A stretch of DNA of 64,000 nt. Origin: a virus. The notes under the pieces are model-generated. The model made no database searches, was not told where the DNA came from, and saw only the letters and a program-made list of their open reading frames with translations. Both the position numbers and the translations under genes were made by a program. Where the stretch lies: the IMG/VR virus record IMGVR_UViG_3300009702_000001, positions 1 through 64,000 of that record; one strand, written 5' to 3'. Of this stretch, positions 1 to 8,911 are shown piece by piece. Each line of letters starts with the position of its first letter. The stretch's first letter is position 1.

Positions 1-1629
1 CATTTCGGTAGGAGCAACAACTTGGGCATTTTGCGCCAACGCAAACGTAAGGGAATAAGGTTGGTCAAGGTTGATATTTTCGGGAAGTGGTCCCAATTCC
101 CCTTCAAAAATATCTTCCATTAAAGTGTTAGCCCGGCGCGGAGTCATTGCTCCGGACTTTTCAGCGGCAACCATAGCCTTTGACAAAACTTCATTGTCCG
201 TAATATTCGGAGTCCGGGACCGGAAGAAATGCCAACGGATTTTTTGGTCAAGCATAATCCGGTTCATTTGGGAATCAACAACTTCCCTTTCCGGATTGAA
301 AATCTGTTCATCCCCCATACGCAAAGACGCTTGCGCGGTTGCCCGGGTATAATCTTCGGCGCGTCCAATCAACAAAGGAGGAAGCCGGAATGCTTGCCTT
401 ACTTTGTTCTGATTGTTTGCATCATAGCTTTGGAACATTTCGTCCGTTTTTTGACTCTTAGGTTCATACATGGAAAGTTTTGCATTGGTCATTTGACCGG
501 CAAAATTTTCCGCGTCCCCGTTTTCCGCTTCCAAGATTACAATCTTGGAATAGTTGGGGTCCGAACCAACTTGACTTTCAATCAACTCGGTAAGACGTTC
601 AACGCTTGCCGGGGTCAACGCTCCGTTTTCAACCATGATGAACATGGAAGGAACGTAATTGTTGGACAGGGTAAAGAAGTTGACTTCTTCGGAACGTCTT
701 GACCCGATGATTGAAACGTAACGGCCGATATACCGAGGAATACCATAAACAGAACGCGCCGAATAAATCTTGAAATGGATGATTTCGGTTGCTTCATCCG
801 TAACCGCGTCAACGTTCCCAACCTTGCCCGTCTTTTTGTTGATGGTTCGGGGGTCCCCAAATTCCTTGAAATAGACTCCGGGTTGACCTTTGGAATTCAA
901 TTGGACGAAACGCCGGAAGCGGCGCATTTTTTCAATCTGTTTAATCTGATAGTCATCTTCCGGTGAAATAACCGGAACAGTGTAGGGGGTTGCTTCCGCG
1001 TCCAATTTGGTAAGACGCATCCGATGGGAAGCAACATGATTGATTTCTATAATGACCCCTGCCGAGTCCCGGACAATTTCCCAATATCCGTTCCCGGTCA
1101 ATTCAAGGTCCCGGCGCATTTGCTTCCGGGTTTGGATGAAAGAAGTTTCGGGACAAAGAACGCCCAACCAACCTTGAAGTTTGATTGCTTCAAGGTCAAT
1201 TTCTGATTGATGTTTGTTCTTTGCGTCTTCTTCTAGCTTGCGGGGTCTGAATGTATTTCCGAAACCTTCAATGTTGGTAACCATTGAATCAATACATTCC
1301 CGCAAGATGTTTGATTCTTCTTCCAACAAAACCAAAGCGAATTGGTCATAAGGGGCTTCAATTATATCCTTATATGTTGCGTTGCTATCTTCAAGGGGGG
1401 TAATGTTGGACGTTGCTTGCCCTTGTTGAGTCTGCCGTTTGATAGCTTCCCGCGCCGGCTCGGGCGCCGGTTCCGAGCCCCGTTCCGTTCGGGCTTTCGC
1501 TTGCGCGGCCCTTTTACTTTGAACGGAAATAACCCGGACGTTCATTCTTTGGTTAGAAACCGAACCATCCTTACCAACGATTTCCGCGTTGAAAGGTGTA
1601 TTGACTACTTGTGCGCTCGGTTCATTCAT
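1..1629 (-). CDS. phage portal protein (partial; 3' end beyond window edge, 543 codons visible)
   Basis: Hand translation: ATG at 1629 (MNEPSAQVVNTPF...) stays open to nt 1, so there is no in-window stop and it is absent from the ORF track. Portal-like stretches LTGNGYWEIVRD and YSARSVYGIPRYIGR. Lies just downstream of the large terminase. Confidence 0.8.
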   Translation of the reverse strand, partial: MNEPSAQVVNTPFNAEIVGKDGSVSNQRMNVRVISVQSKRAAQAKARTERGSEPAPEPAREAIKRQTQQGQATSNITPLEDSNATYKDIIEAPYDQFALVLLEEESNILRECIDSMVTNIEGFGNTFRPRKLEEDAKNKHQSEIDLEAIKLQGWLGVLCPETSFIQTRKQMRRDLELTGNGYWEIVRDSAGVIIEINHVASHRMRLTKLDAEATPYTVPVISPEDDYQIKQIEKMRRFRRFVQLNSKGQPGVYFKEFGDPRTINKKTGKVGNVDAVTDEATEIIHFKIYSARSVYGIPRYIGRYVSIIGSRRSEEVNFFTLSNNYVPSMFIMVENGALTPASVERLTELIESQVGSDPNYSKIVILEAENGDAENFAGQMTNAKLSMYEPKSQKTDEMFQSYDANNQNKVRQAFRLPPLLIGRAEDYTRATAQASLRMGDEQIFNPEREVVDSQMNRIMLDQKIRWHFFRSRTPNITDNEVLSKAMVAAEKSGAMTPRRANTLMEDIFEGELGPLPENINLDQPYSLTFALAQNAQVVAPTEM

Positions 1630-1662
1630 TTATCAACCCGGTCTTTTATGGTTACTTTCAAC

Positions 1663-1698
1663 GGGACTCCCGGCGCCAACAAGGGAACCGGGAGTCCC
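1663..1698 (-). repeat. 11-bp inverted repeat (GGGACTCCCGG N14 CCGGGAGTCCC) between the small gene and portal
   Basis: Perfect 11-bp stem read directly. No T-run follows, so it is more likely an RNA structure or processing site than a terminator. Confidence 0.5.
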
Positions 1699-1714
1699 GA
1701 GCAAGGGTCAAATC

Positions 1715-2065
1715 CTATTCATGGGCTTCCCATTGGATTTCTTCCCCAACCGCGTTGATATCGGCATCCGTTCCAATCAGGAAACCGCGTCCGGGGTCCT
1801 GGGGGGTCCCGCCAACGGGCGGGGAAAGAACGTCTTGATATACAAGGGTAACGCCCCCCGTGGTAACCAAAGCGCCGGTTCCCGCCGCAACCCGCTTGAA
1901 ACCTTCCCCCGCGTTCATCGTATCGACAAACACCAATTCATCCCCGGAATCCACGTTCCGAAGAACAACCTTCCGGGGGGTAAAATCAGGCATAGCAACC
2001 TTGATTTCCGCCCCGGTTCCCGTAACCTTGCCGGTTTCCATCCGACTTCCAACTGTGCTTCCCAT
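1715..2065 (-). CDS. hypothetical protein between terminase and portal
   Basis: ORF track 1715..2101 starts at TTG. The internal ATG at 2065 is preceded by AACGAAAGGAAAAGAAAC (SD-like). Stop is TAG. Confidence 0.55.
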   Translation of the reverse strand: MGSTVGSRMETGKVTGTGAEIKVAMPDFTPRKVVLRNVDSGDELVFVDTMNAGEGFKRVAAGTGALVTTGGVTLVYQDVLSPPVGGTPQDPGRGFLIGTDADINAVGEEIQWEAHE

Positions 2066-2082
2066 GTTTCTTTTCCTTTCGT

Positions 2083-3558
2083 TCAATGACGTTTGCGCCA
2101 ACGTTTGCGGCCAGGAGTTATCAATCCGGGTTCGCTTCCCCGAGCCCGTTTCTTTTTCTTCCGTTTCAACGCGGTTCGGATAGCAATATCCAATGCGTCA
2201 AGTAAATCCTTGTAAGCCCCGTTCGGGAAATTTAGCAACTGTTCTTCCAACTCCCCGTTTTTCTCTGAAGTATGGAAGAAAATTTCCCCCCGTTCAAACC
2301 GAACCGAAAGCCGGTCCATACGGGTATTTTTATCTTTGTCCGTAAAGACGGGAATTGCCGGAAGGTGACTAGTCCGCTTTTCCGCTTTCAGGCTTTGAAC
2401 CTTGCTTGCCTGGAATGCGTTTGCTTCAATTCCGATTGCAATGGGTTCATGGGTATTATAATGCTTTTCAATTTGGTCATCTTGTTGTTTCAGGGACAAC
2501 TTGTTGTGATAGTAATCAAGGATATAAATGTTGAACGTCCGGGGGTCAATGCCGATGGTTACGATTGCGAATTTTGCATTTTCCTTTTTCTGTCCAATCG
2601 CAAGGTCAACCCCGGTGAATACAACTAACTTCTTCGGGAATGAATCAACGTAACGGAAAAACTTATCATCAAAAACGTAACCCTGAATTCCGGCCGCGTT
2701 TTGATTCATTTGGGCATTGAAATAAATGCGCCCCATTGATTCCCGCAAGGCATGTAATTCGTCCGTTGTCCAACGCTCGGGAAGGTTGGTCGAATCATCC
2801 TTGGGCTTGATTGCGGGAATGATTTGCGCCGAATCCTTGAAGTATGGGTCATGGGTAAGAAGATGGTTGTATAAATCATCCGGATGATACCGTGTTCCCA
2901 ATACCCTGATTTCGGTATTGGCATCCGTAACGCAAGGCATAAGCGTTGTATAAAACCATTGTTTAACTTTATGCCGGCCTCCCTCGGTTCGGGCGTTCTT
3001 CAAGGTAACCAAGTCATCACAGTAAATAATATCAAAATGCGCGGACGTAATGCTTGAATCAACGCCCGTTGTCATAACGGTATTTTCTTTGCGCGGAAGC
3101 GTTCTTCCCGCTACGTTGATAGCATCTTCATTCCAAATTTCCCCTTGTTGGTTTCCGAAGATTTCAACCGTTCGGGGATGCGTCAAGCATTCCTTCAATT
3201 CGGAAAGGAACCCTTGGGCATGGGTTACGATATCGGACGCAAACAAAATTCGGATATTGGGGTCCCGAAGGATTTTGACAAGGGCAGACCCAACGGTCCC
3301 AACGGTTGACTTCCCGCAACCCCGAGGGGCAAGTTGAAGGGTCTTGGTATGCTGGCATTGATGCCAAATTAGGATTTCATGGATTGGGTCAAAGACATAG
3401 CCCAATTCTTCAAGTAATAGGTCATACCTTCCTTCATTCATTACCGAGTCATAAACAACCCGATTCCTGATATCCCGCAATTGACGGAATGAACGCAAAT
3501 TTTCATTCCGCTTTTGACGTACCGAAAGATTCTTATGTTTGGCAACGCCTAACTGCAC
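2083..3558 (-). CDS. terL: terminase large subunit
   Basis: 491 aa with a GTG start. Walker A-like LAPRGCGKST, Walker B-like FDIIYCDD, C-terminal RNaseH-like nuclease part (GVDLAIG..., GIEANAFQ). Confidence 0.9.
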   Translation of the reverse strand: MQLGVAKHKNLSVRQKRNENLRSFRQLRDIRNRVVYDSVMNEGRYDLLLEELGYVFDPIHEILIWHQCQHTKTLQLAPRGCGKSTVGTVGSALVKILRDPNIRILFASDIVTHAQGFLSELKECLTHPRTVEIFGNQQGEIWNEDAINVAGRTLPRKENTVMTTGVDSSITSAHFDIIYCDDLVTLKNARTEGGRHKVKQWFYTTLMPCVTDANTEIRVLGTRYHPDDLYNHLLTHDPYFKDSAQIIPAIKPKDDSTNLPERWTTDELHALRESMGRIYFNAQMNQNAAGIQGYVFDDKFFRYVDSFPKKLVVFTGVDLAIGQKKENAKFAIVTIGIDPRTFNIYILDYYHNKLSLKQQDDQIEKHYNTHEPIAIGIEANAFQASKVQSLKAEKRTSHLPAIPVFTDKDKNTRMDRLSVRFERGEIFFHTSEKNGELEEQLLNFPNGAYKDLLDALDIAIRTALKRKKKKRARGSEPGLITPGRKRWRKRH

Positions 3559-3689
3559 CGTCTATTGGCTTTCCCGTTGCGCGGCAAGACCGGGGAAACT
3601 AATAACTTGACCGGAACGCTTATTTCCACTTGTTCCCCGCTTAGCAACCATTCCTCTAATTTGTTCCATTTCCTTCATTATGGTAAGTT

Positions 3690-4145
3690 CTAATTGTCGG
3701 AATCCATTTCCCGAGCATCTTTGCCCCCAACCAACAACAACTGTTCGGGAGTCTTGATAATTAATCCCAAGTCTTGACCCAACTTAACCAAGGAATCAAC
3801 CATATCAGATTGTGTCTTAACCGCCGCTACATAGGCTTGGGCATTTTTCCATTTCATTGCCTTCAAGGCATCCTTCAAATCTTCCAAATCTCTAATCAGT
3901 TGTTGTTTCCTCCCAACAACTTCCGAGAAAATCCGAAGGGGAGTTTTGCTTTGTTGTTCTGATTCCGCTTCTTCGTAGTATTTATTGAACAGGGACTCGA
4001 ACTGATTCGTATTAAGCCCCATTGCTTCAATGATTTCTTCCCGAGTTTTGCCCTTGTTTAGAAGCAAGATGAATTGCGCCAATTGAAGCCGTTGTTGGGA
4101 AACGGTCTTCTTCTTCAACTTCTTCTTCTTTGGCGTCTTATTCAT
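3690..4145 (-). CDS. putative small terminase / DNA-binding protein
   Basis: 151 aa immediately upstream of terL. Basic N-terminus (KTPKKKKLKKK), HTH-like segment (KTREEIIEAMGLNTNQ) and a coiled-coil. The call is from position and composition only. Confidence 0.4.
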   Translation of the reverse strand: MNKTPKKKKLKKKTVSQQRLQLAQFILLLNKGKTREEIIEAMGLNTNQFESLFNKYYEEAESEQQSKTPLRIFSEVVGRKQQLIRDLEDLKDALKAMKWKNAQAYVAAVKTQSDMVDSLVKLGQDLGLIIKTPEQLLLVGGKDAREMDSDN

Positions 4146-4365
4146 CGGGATTGAAATCCAACTTATAAAAGCGGTCCGTTTCTTGTGGGGTTGTCATTAC
4201 GTCAACCGTGTCCGCTCGGAATACAACAACCCCCAGGGCTTCAAGCCCTTCCGTAAAAACGTAACTGTCCGGGTCCAAGCAAGACGGCTCCCCGATAACG
4301 GGCGCGTCAAATTGGACCCGGACAAGCGTTTCCGAAACTGCCCGGATTTGCCGGACTGCCGGCAT
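4138..4365 (-). CDS. hypothetical protein
   Basis: 75-aa ORF with an ATG start, overlapping the downstream gene by 8 nt (coupling). Confidence 0.5.
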   Translation of the reverse strand: MPAVRQIRAVSETLVRVQFDAPVIGEPSCLDPDSYVFTEGLEALGVVVFRADTVDVMTTPQETDRFYKLDFNPDE

Positions 4366-4371
4366 TGCGAC

Positions 4372-4773
4372 TTACTGCCCCAATACGTTGGACCAAAGGG
4401 TCCCGCGCCGGACCATTTCAACCGGGAAGAAATCCCCGGCCGGCTCGGGCGCCGCGTCCCCTTCGGAACGTGCAACGGGTTCATCGGCCGGAACCCATTG
4501 ACGCCGGACCTTTTCGATTTTTGAAAAGGAAACGTTGCCGTCTTCATCGGTCGCAATCGCGGCCCGGGTATAAACACGGGACTTGTGATTGTAGACAACA
4601 ACCGATGAAAGGGAAACTTCTTCGGGGAAGATATCAAACTTTTCTTCCGCGCCGAAAAGTTGGAAGTTTCGCATGATTGATTCATATACCGCGTCAAGGA
4701 AACGCGGCAAGTCAACGCTTGCGTCTTCCATCGTTTGCCGTTCAACTTGAACCTTGATTTTCTCACTATTCAT
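4372..4773 (-). CDS. hypothetical protein
   Basis: ORF track 4372..4857. The internal ATG at 4773 (MNSEKIKV...) follows GAAAGG. The longer N-terminus reads into the intergenic region. Confidence 0.55.
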   Translation of the reverse strand: MNSEKIKVQVERQTMEDASVDLPRFLDAVYESIMRNFQLFGAEEKFDIFPEEVSLSSVVVYNHKSRVYTRAAIATDEDGNVSFSKIEKVRRQWVPADEPVARSEGDAAPEPAGDFFPVEMVRRGTLWSNVLGQ

Positions 4774-5040
4774 CGTTGACCTTTCGGGCGCCGGACCTTC
4801 GGGGATATGGCGCGTTTTTCTCGCATTTGATTCAGACCTTGCTTCAAGGGATAGCATACGGGGAAAAGCGTATCAAACAATTCCCCTGATACTTCCGGGC
4901 GAAACGTGCTAAAGTAAACAGATTCCCGGCCGGAAATCCTAGCCTATGAAGCTAGACCCTAGTGATTCCGATACCATAAGAAAATGTTACGGTTCCGGGT
5001 AGTTTCTTACAATATCCCATTACCGAAGGAAAGGAAGCCA

Positions 5041-5385
5041 ATGCCTAATAAACCAGAAAAACCGGAAGTTGTTACCCATATACTTGGGTTGTTTCACCTT
5101 GATAAACTATGCCCAAAATGCCAGGGACCAATTGAAATCAATAACACGGTTTCATGCAATGCTTGTGATTTGAAGTTGCATTTGAAGGTTCATATTGACT
5201 TTATTGAAACGGGTTGTATGAACATTAGGTATTGCTCGGGACTCGGAAGAAAACCTATTTTGAACCAACGGCAACAACAACTTCAACAAGCCGAATCAAA
5301 ACCGAAGAAGAAACCCGCTCCGAAAAAGCGCAAGACAACCCCGAAGAAAAAAGCAACTCCAAAGAAACGAAAGAAACAAAAATGA
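5041..5385 (+). CDS. zinc-ribbon protein with lysine-rich (histone H1-like) tail
   Basis: ATG at 5041 follows GAAGGAAAGGAAG. Contains CPKC...CNAC and the tail KPKKKPAPKKRKTTPKKKATPKKRKKQK. Confidence 0.55.
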   Translation: MPNKPEKPEVVTHILGLFHLDKLCPKCQGPIEINNTVSCNACDLKLHLKVHIDFIETGCMNIRYCSGLGRKPILNQRQQQLQQAESKPKKKPAPKKRKTTPKKKATPKKRKKQK

Positions 5386-5558
5386 AAACCGCGTTGCGCG
5401 TCTTGGGTATCCTTATAACTGCCGGGGTCATTTGCCTACCGTCCCCGGTCTATGCCCGAGCAATAACAGGGGGACACAAAATGCTTGACGCGGCAATTGT
5501 ATCCTTGTTTTATTTGCTCGGGGTTCTAATCATCGGACATTTGATTCCAAAGGACTGA
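5382..5558 (+). CDS. small membrane protein (58 aa, two hydrophobic segments)
   Basis: ATGA overlap with the upstream stop. Sequence MKTALRVLGILITAGVICLPSP...SLFYLLGVLIIGHLI. Confidence 0.5.
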   Translation: MKTALRVLGILITAGVICLPSPVYARAITGGHKMLDAAIVSLFYLLGVLIIGHLIPKD

Positions 5559-5565
5559 AACGAAA

Positions 5566-6126
5566 ATGGGAAAAACGGCAATCTTCATTGATGGGGCATA
5601 CCTTGACAAAATCCTTGAATACGGATTTGGCCGAACCCGAATTGACTTTGAACGTTTCGTTGCGGAAATCGGGGACGGTTCAATGCTCCGGTCATATTAC
5701 TATCATTGTCGCCCATATGTTTCCCAGGAACCAACGCCGGAAGAAACACAACGCTTTGAAGCAAAAGAACGCTTCTTCCGAGCCCTGGGAAATATCCCCC
5801 GCTTTCAAGTCCGTTTGGGCCGACTTGTGTTCCGAGGAAACAACGAAAACGGGCGCCCAATTTTCATTCAAAAACTGGTTGACGTTATGCTTTCAGTGGA
5901 TATGGTCCAACTATCCGCAACGCGCCAAATCAACCGCGTCATTCTTGTTGCCGGGGATAATGATTTTCTTCCGGCAATAGAGGCAACCAAGCGGCTTGGG
6001 GTATTGGTTTCGTTGTTGCATGGACCCCCTATCAACGGCTTTTCTTCAAGTCACAATGACCTTTGGCAAGCGTCCGATGAACGTAAGGAAATCGGACAAC
6101 AACTGATTCAACGGATAAAACGATGA
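5566..6126 (+). CDS. NYN-domain (LabA/DUF88-like) putative ribonuclease
   Basis: TAIFIDGAYL, KLVDVMLSVDM and ILVAGDNDFLPAIE reproduce the acidic-residue pattern of NYN/PIN-like nucleases. Confidence 0.8.
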   Translation: MGKTAIFIDGAYLDKILEYGFGRTRIDFERFVAEIGDGSMLRSYYYHCRPYVSQEPTPEETQRFEAKERFFRALGNIPRFQVRLGRLVFRGNNENGRPIFIQKLVDVMLSVDMVQLSATRQINRVILVAGDNDFLPAIEATKRLGVLVSLLHGPPINGFSSSHNDLWQASDERKEIGQQLIQRIKR

Positions 6127-6151
6127 AGAAGAACGGGGGGGACCGGCAAGA

Positions 6152-6772
6152 ATGAAGGAATGCGAAATTTGTGGGGACAACGATTGGTTAATAGTTGACT
6201 CCAATTGGGTAAGGTGTAACCGTTGCGGCCGGCTTGAATCTCGGACCCCGAAACGGGTTTGTATATGTTGCGGAAAAACCATTGGAAAATATGCGAAAGC
6301 AACACAGCAAACTTGTATAAAATGCAAAGAAGCAAACGTCCCCTTTGAATCACAAATCCCGTGCAAAACTCCGGCTTGCGGTAATAGGTTGGGTAAAAGG
6401 GCAGACCCAAGCGGATTTTGCCGTCAATGCTTGCGGGAAAAGGATTATTGGGAAGTTGAAGACGGGCATTTATGGAAACCATTTGCCCTGTCCATGATGG
6501 GAAAACCAACCGGTCGAAACGTTCTATTGAAGCGACTTCGGAAACAGTATCCAGACATAACCGAGAACACGTTGTTCAATTGGTTGTTGCGGCAAACAAA
6601 AGCCGGGGTCTTGAAGCGGGTTGGTCATGGGAAATACCAAGCGTTGACCAACGGGAGCCCGAGCCCGAGCCCGAGCCCCGAGGAAAGCCCAACGTCAATT
6701 CGGCTTGACCCGGACTGTTCCTCGGGTTGGGGGCCGTTCCGCTTGATTCGGAATCGGGCTCCCGATGATTGA
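6152..6772 (+). CDS. multi-zinc-ribbon protein with C-terminal winged-helix-like domain
   Basis: CEICG..CNRCG, CICCG..CIKCK and CRQC motifs, then LFNWLLRQTKAGVLKRVGHGKYQAL (wHTH signature G-x-L-x-R-V-x-x-G-x-Y) and an SPSPSPSP tail. Confidence 0.6.
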   Translation: MKECEICGDNDWLIVDSNWVRCNRCGRLESRTPKRVCICCGKTIGKYAKATQQTCIKCKEANVPFESQIPCKTPACGNRLGKRADPSGFCRQCLREKDYWEVEDGHLWKPFALSMMGKPTGRNVLLKRLRKQYPDITENTLFNWLLRQTKAGVLKRVGHGKYQALTNGSPSPSPSPEESPTSIRLDPDCSSGWGPFRLIRNRAPDD

Positions 6773-7016
6773 CAAAAAATCCCGCAACTAATTGATAATA
6801 TATAATAATCACTTGCATTTCATTCCGAATCATCCCGAAAAAGATTCCAGGAAATCAGGGAAACAATCGGTAAATATTACGTTTTCCCTGAATAGTCTTA
6901 CAATTGGGCCGGTTTGTGACAATTTGCCCCCCAGGTTTATCCGGCGCCGCTCGGACAAAACGGAAACGCCCGGAACCCCGAACCCCAACTTTTTCGGGGA
7001 CTGCCGAAAAAAAATG

Positions 7017-7046
7017 TTTACAAGACCCGGGGAATTCCGGTAATAC
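7017..7046 (+). promoter_or_regulatory. sigma70-like promoter (TTTACA N18 TAATAC)
   Basis: Read directly, about 64 nt upstream of ATG 7110. The spacer contains the near-palindrome CCGGGGAATTCCGG. Confidence 0.45.
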
Positions 7047-7109
7047 TGTCCCGTTGGCAACCAATGGGCAATCAAGCCCGAAAAACAGAACCGAAAGGAA
7101 GGCTTCATT

Positions 7110-7508
7110 ATGGCAAAGAAAATCAAAGGCGAAAGCAATCCCGGCGCCGGAGTTTCCACGGGACACAAGCGCAAGCGCAAAGCCGGCAAGGATATTGTCC
7201 CCCGGTTGAAGGTCATTGACGGGGCAAGCTATATCCTTATGGCTTCTTCCCGGGGCAAGTCGCTTCAAACCGCGTTGCTTTGGGCTCCGGCGCCGAAGGA
7301 ACCGAAACGCCCCTTCCTGTTCCTTTTTGACCTTCCGGACGGTCAAGGCGGAACCATGATGATTTCCGTCCCCATGGAAACGGTCCAAGCCCAAGCGGTT
7401 TATGCCGCGCATCCCCGGCGCGTCCCCAAGGATGAAATGCCCCCCGAGTGTCCGCTTGAAGATATCCCCGAAGAAGAACCGGCCCCCGAGCCGGCCCCCA
7501 AGGGTTAG
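7110..7508 (+). CDS. hypothetical protein (basic N-terminus, acidic PEP tail)
   Basis: 132-aa ORF. GAAAGGAAGG lies 7 nt upstream of the ATG and a terminator follows. Confidence 0.55.
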   Translation: MAKKIKGESNPGAGVSTGHKRKRKAGKDIVPRLKVIDGASYILMASSRGKSLQTALLWAPAPKEPKRPFLFLFDLPDGQGGTMMISVPMETVQAQAVYAAHPRRVPKDEMPPECPLEDIPEEEPAPEPAPKG

Positions 7509-7518
7509 TCAACCCCAA

Positions 7519-7546
7519 AGCCCCCAGGGGAGCCCTGGGGGCTTTT
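7519..7546 (+). terminator. intrinsic terminator (AGCCCCCAGGG GAG CCCTGGGGGCT TTT)
   Basis: 11-bp GC stem plus T-run, 10 nt after the stop of 7110..7508. Confidence 0.6.
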
Positions 7547-7579
7547 CCCTGCCCGATACCCCAATCATACCCCGTCAAT

Positions 7580-7604
7580 AAAAAAAGGCGCCCCTGGGGG
7601 CGCC
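7580..7604 (-). terminator. intrinsic terminator (GGCGCCCC..GGGGCGCC + T7 on minus strand)
   Basis: GC stem followed by a T-run on the minus strand, 27 nt after the stop of 7631..7882. Convergent with the plus-strand terminator. Confidence 0.6.
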
Positions 7605-7630
7605 CATGCCTTCCCAGGGCATTACTAGGG

Positions 7631-7882
7631 TCAACCGTCTTCAATGTCCCGAGAAACGCGCCCAACTTCCCGGAGCGCATCCCGCATTGACGTAAGGGCC
7701 GGCTTCAACGGTTCCAATTCGCTTTGACTAGCGATATAGGCGTCAAGGGCCGCTTCAACAAATTCCCCAACGGAAACCCGCGTTGCCCGAGCGCAAAATC
7801 CGGCCGCTGTATGATAATACTCTTGAACCCAAAGGGCAGACTTCCGGGGAACGGTTGCGCCCCCTTTCAATTTCTTCGGCAT
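7631..7882 (-). CDS. ribbon-helix-helix-like small DNA-binding protein
   Basis: Internal ATG at 7882 (MPKKLKGGATVPRK...) follows GGAAGGGAAG. SALWVQEYYHTAAGFCARATRVSVGEFVEAAL resembles a CopG/Arc RHH. Confidence 0.5.
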   Translation of the reverse strand: MPKKLKGGATVPRKSALWVQEYYHTAAGFCARATRVSVGEFVEAALDAYIASQSELEPLKPALTSMRDALREVGRVSRDIEDG

Positions 7883-7898
7883 GGTTCTTCCCTTCCTA

Positions 7899-8138
7899 TC
7901 AGTTTGAAGATTCAACGTCCCAACGCATTGAAATCGGGTTGAAATAGATTCGGCAGGGACAACAAGCATTGAACCGGACTTCCGGGATAATTTGACTGTT
8001 CCCATTCCGCCATTTTTCAACGTCCCTTTCAACGGACTTCCAAAGGGGGTCCGAAATGAAAAATTCCCCGTTCCGCTCGGACAGGTCCAAACGGACGGTT
8101 CGGGTTCCGAATTTCAATTGAATGAATGATGCTTCCAT
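7899..8138 (-). CDS. hypothetical protein
   Basis: 79-aa ORF. AACAACGGGAG SD region and a consensus promoter lie upstream. Confidence 0.5.
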   Translation of the reverse strand: MEASFIQLKFGTRTVRLDLSERNGEFFISDPLWKSVERDVEKWRNGNSQIIPEVRFNACCPCRIYFNPISMRWDVESSN

Positions 8139-8167
8139 TGTTCTGTTTCTCCCGTTGTTGCCCTAGA

Positions 8168-8196
8168 AATATAACCTAGATTTCCAGCATAGTCAA
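8168..8196 (-). promoter_or_regulatory. sigma70-like promoter TTGACT N17 TATATT
   Basis: Read on the minus strand: -35 at 8196..8191, -10 at 8173..8168. Confidence 0.55.
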
Positions 8197-8243
8197 GGGG
8201 CAATTCGGGAAGGGTTCCCGAATAGGGGATGTAAGTTGTCCAA

Positions 8244-8660
8244 TTAGTCTGAATCTAATTTCCCGGGGAAGGTCCCGGGCTCCCCGTCCGGCTCCGGTTC
8301 GGCTTCTTCGGACTCGGGCTCCCCGTCCCCTGGGGGGTACAAAACAAGATTGCCGCGCCGGCCGATGAATCCCCCGTTGAAGGGCTCCCCGTCTTCTTCT
8401 TCGGGCTCCCCCTCGGGGTCCGAACCCCGGTCTTCAACAAACAGGGGCAAGACGGGCATATCAAGGTCTGATTCCGTTGCTTCAATGAAAAGCAAAACTT
8501 GGGATTCAAGCAACGCCTTTTGAACCCTTGCATAATGCCCAAGGGTTGCGGCAATACGTTCCGCTTCTTCCCCTCGGTAAACCAACGCTTTCGTTGTCAA
8601 GGTATCAATGACTTCCGCAATCTTTTCAAGTTGCGCGTTGATTCGGCTTATGCTTGGCAT
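8244..8660 (-). CDS. hypothetical protein with acidic PEP-rich tail
   Basis: ORF-track start 8678 is TTG. ATG 8660 (MPSISRINAQ...) is preferred. Confidence 0.55.
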   Translation of the reverse strand: MPSISRINAQLEKIAEVIDTLTTKALVYRGEEAERIAATLGHYARVQKALLESQVLLFIEATESDLDMPVLPLFVEDRGSDPEGEPEEEDGEPFNGGFIGRRGNLVLYPPGDGEPESEEAEPEPDGEPGTFPGKLDSD

Positions 8661-8911
8661 GAAACTTCCCAATGACAAAGGGTTTCAAGGTCATGGTTCA
8701 AGTCAACGTAAATAATGCGCCCAACCGTCTTGATATTAACCCTGAAATGGGTAATAAATTGGGGGTCAACATATATTTCAAGGTTATCATGGACAATTGA
8801 CCGGATGGTTTCAAACGCGCCTTTTAGGTCCGCTCGGATGAAGTAAGACTTTTCAAGCGGTCCTTCAACTAACCGCGTAAAAGATTCCCAATCAACTTGT
8901 TTCGTTGTCAT
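8648..8911 (-). CDS. hypothetical protein
   Basis: Internal ATG 8911 (MTTKQVDW...) is preceded by AACGGGAG. Confidence 0.55.
   Translation of the reverse strand: MTTKQVDWESFTRLVEGPLEKSYFIRADLKGAFETIRSIVHDNLEIYVDPQFITHFRVNIKTVGRIIYVDLNHDLETLCHWEVSCQA

Noticed and set aside
1-1629. Apparent absence of any long ORF downstream of the terminase, which first suggested stop-codon reassignment in late genes
   Set aside because: Hand translation shows a continuous 543-codon portal ORF in the standard code. It is missing from the ORF track only because its stop lies beyond the window edge. Tail-fibre and other long late genes are also intact, and TAG, TGA and TAA all terminate well-supported genes (for example TAG at 1715, 45390 and 51335).
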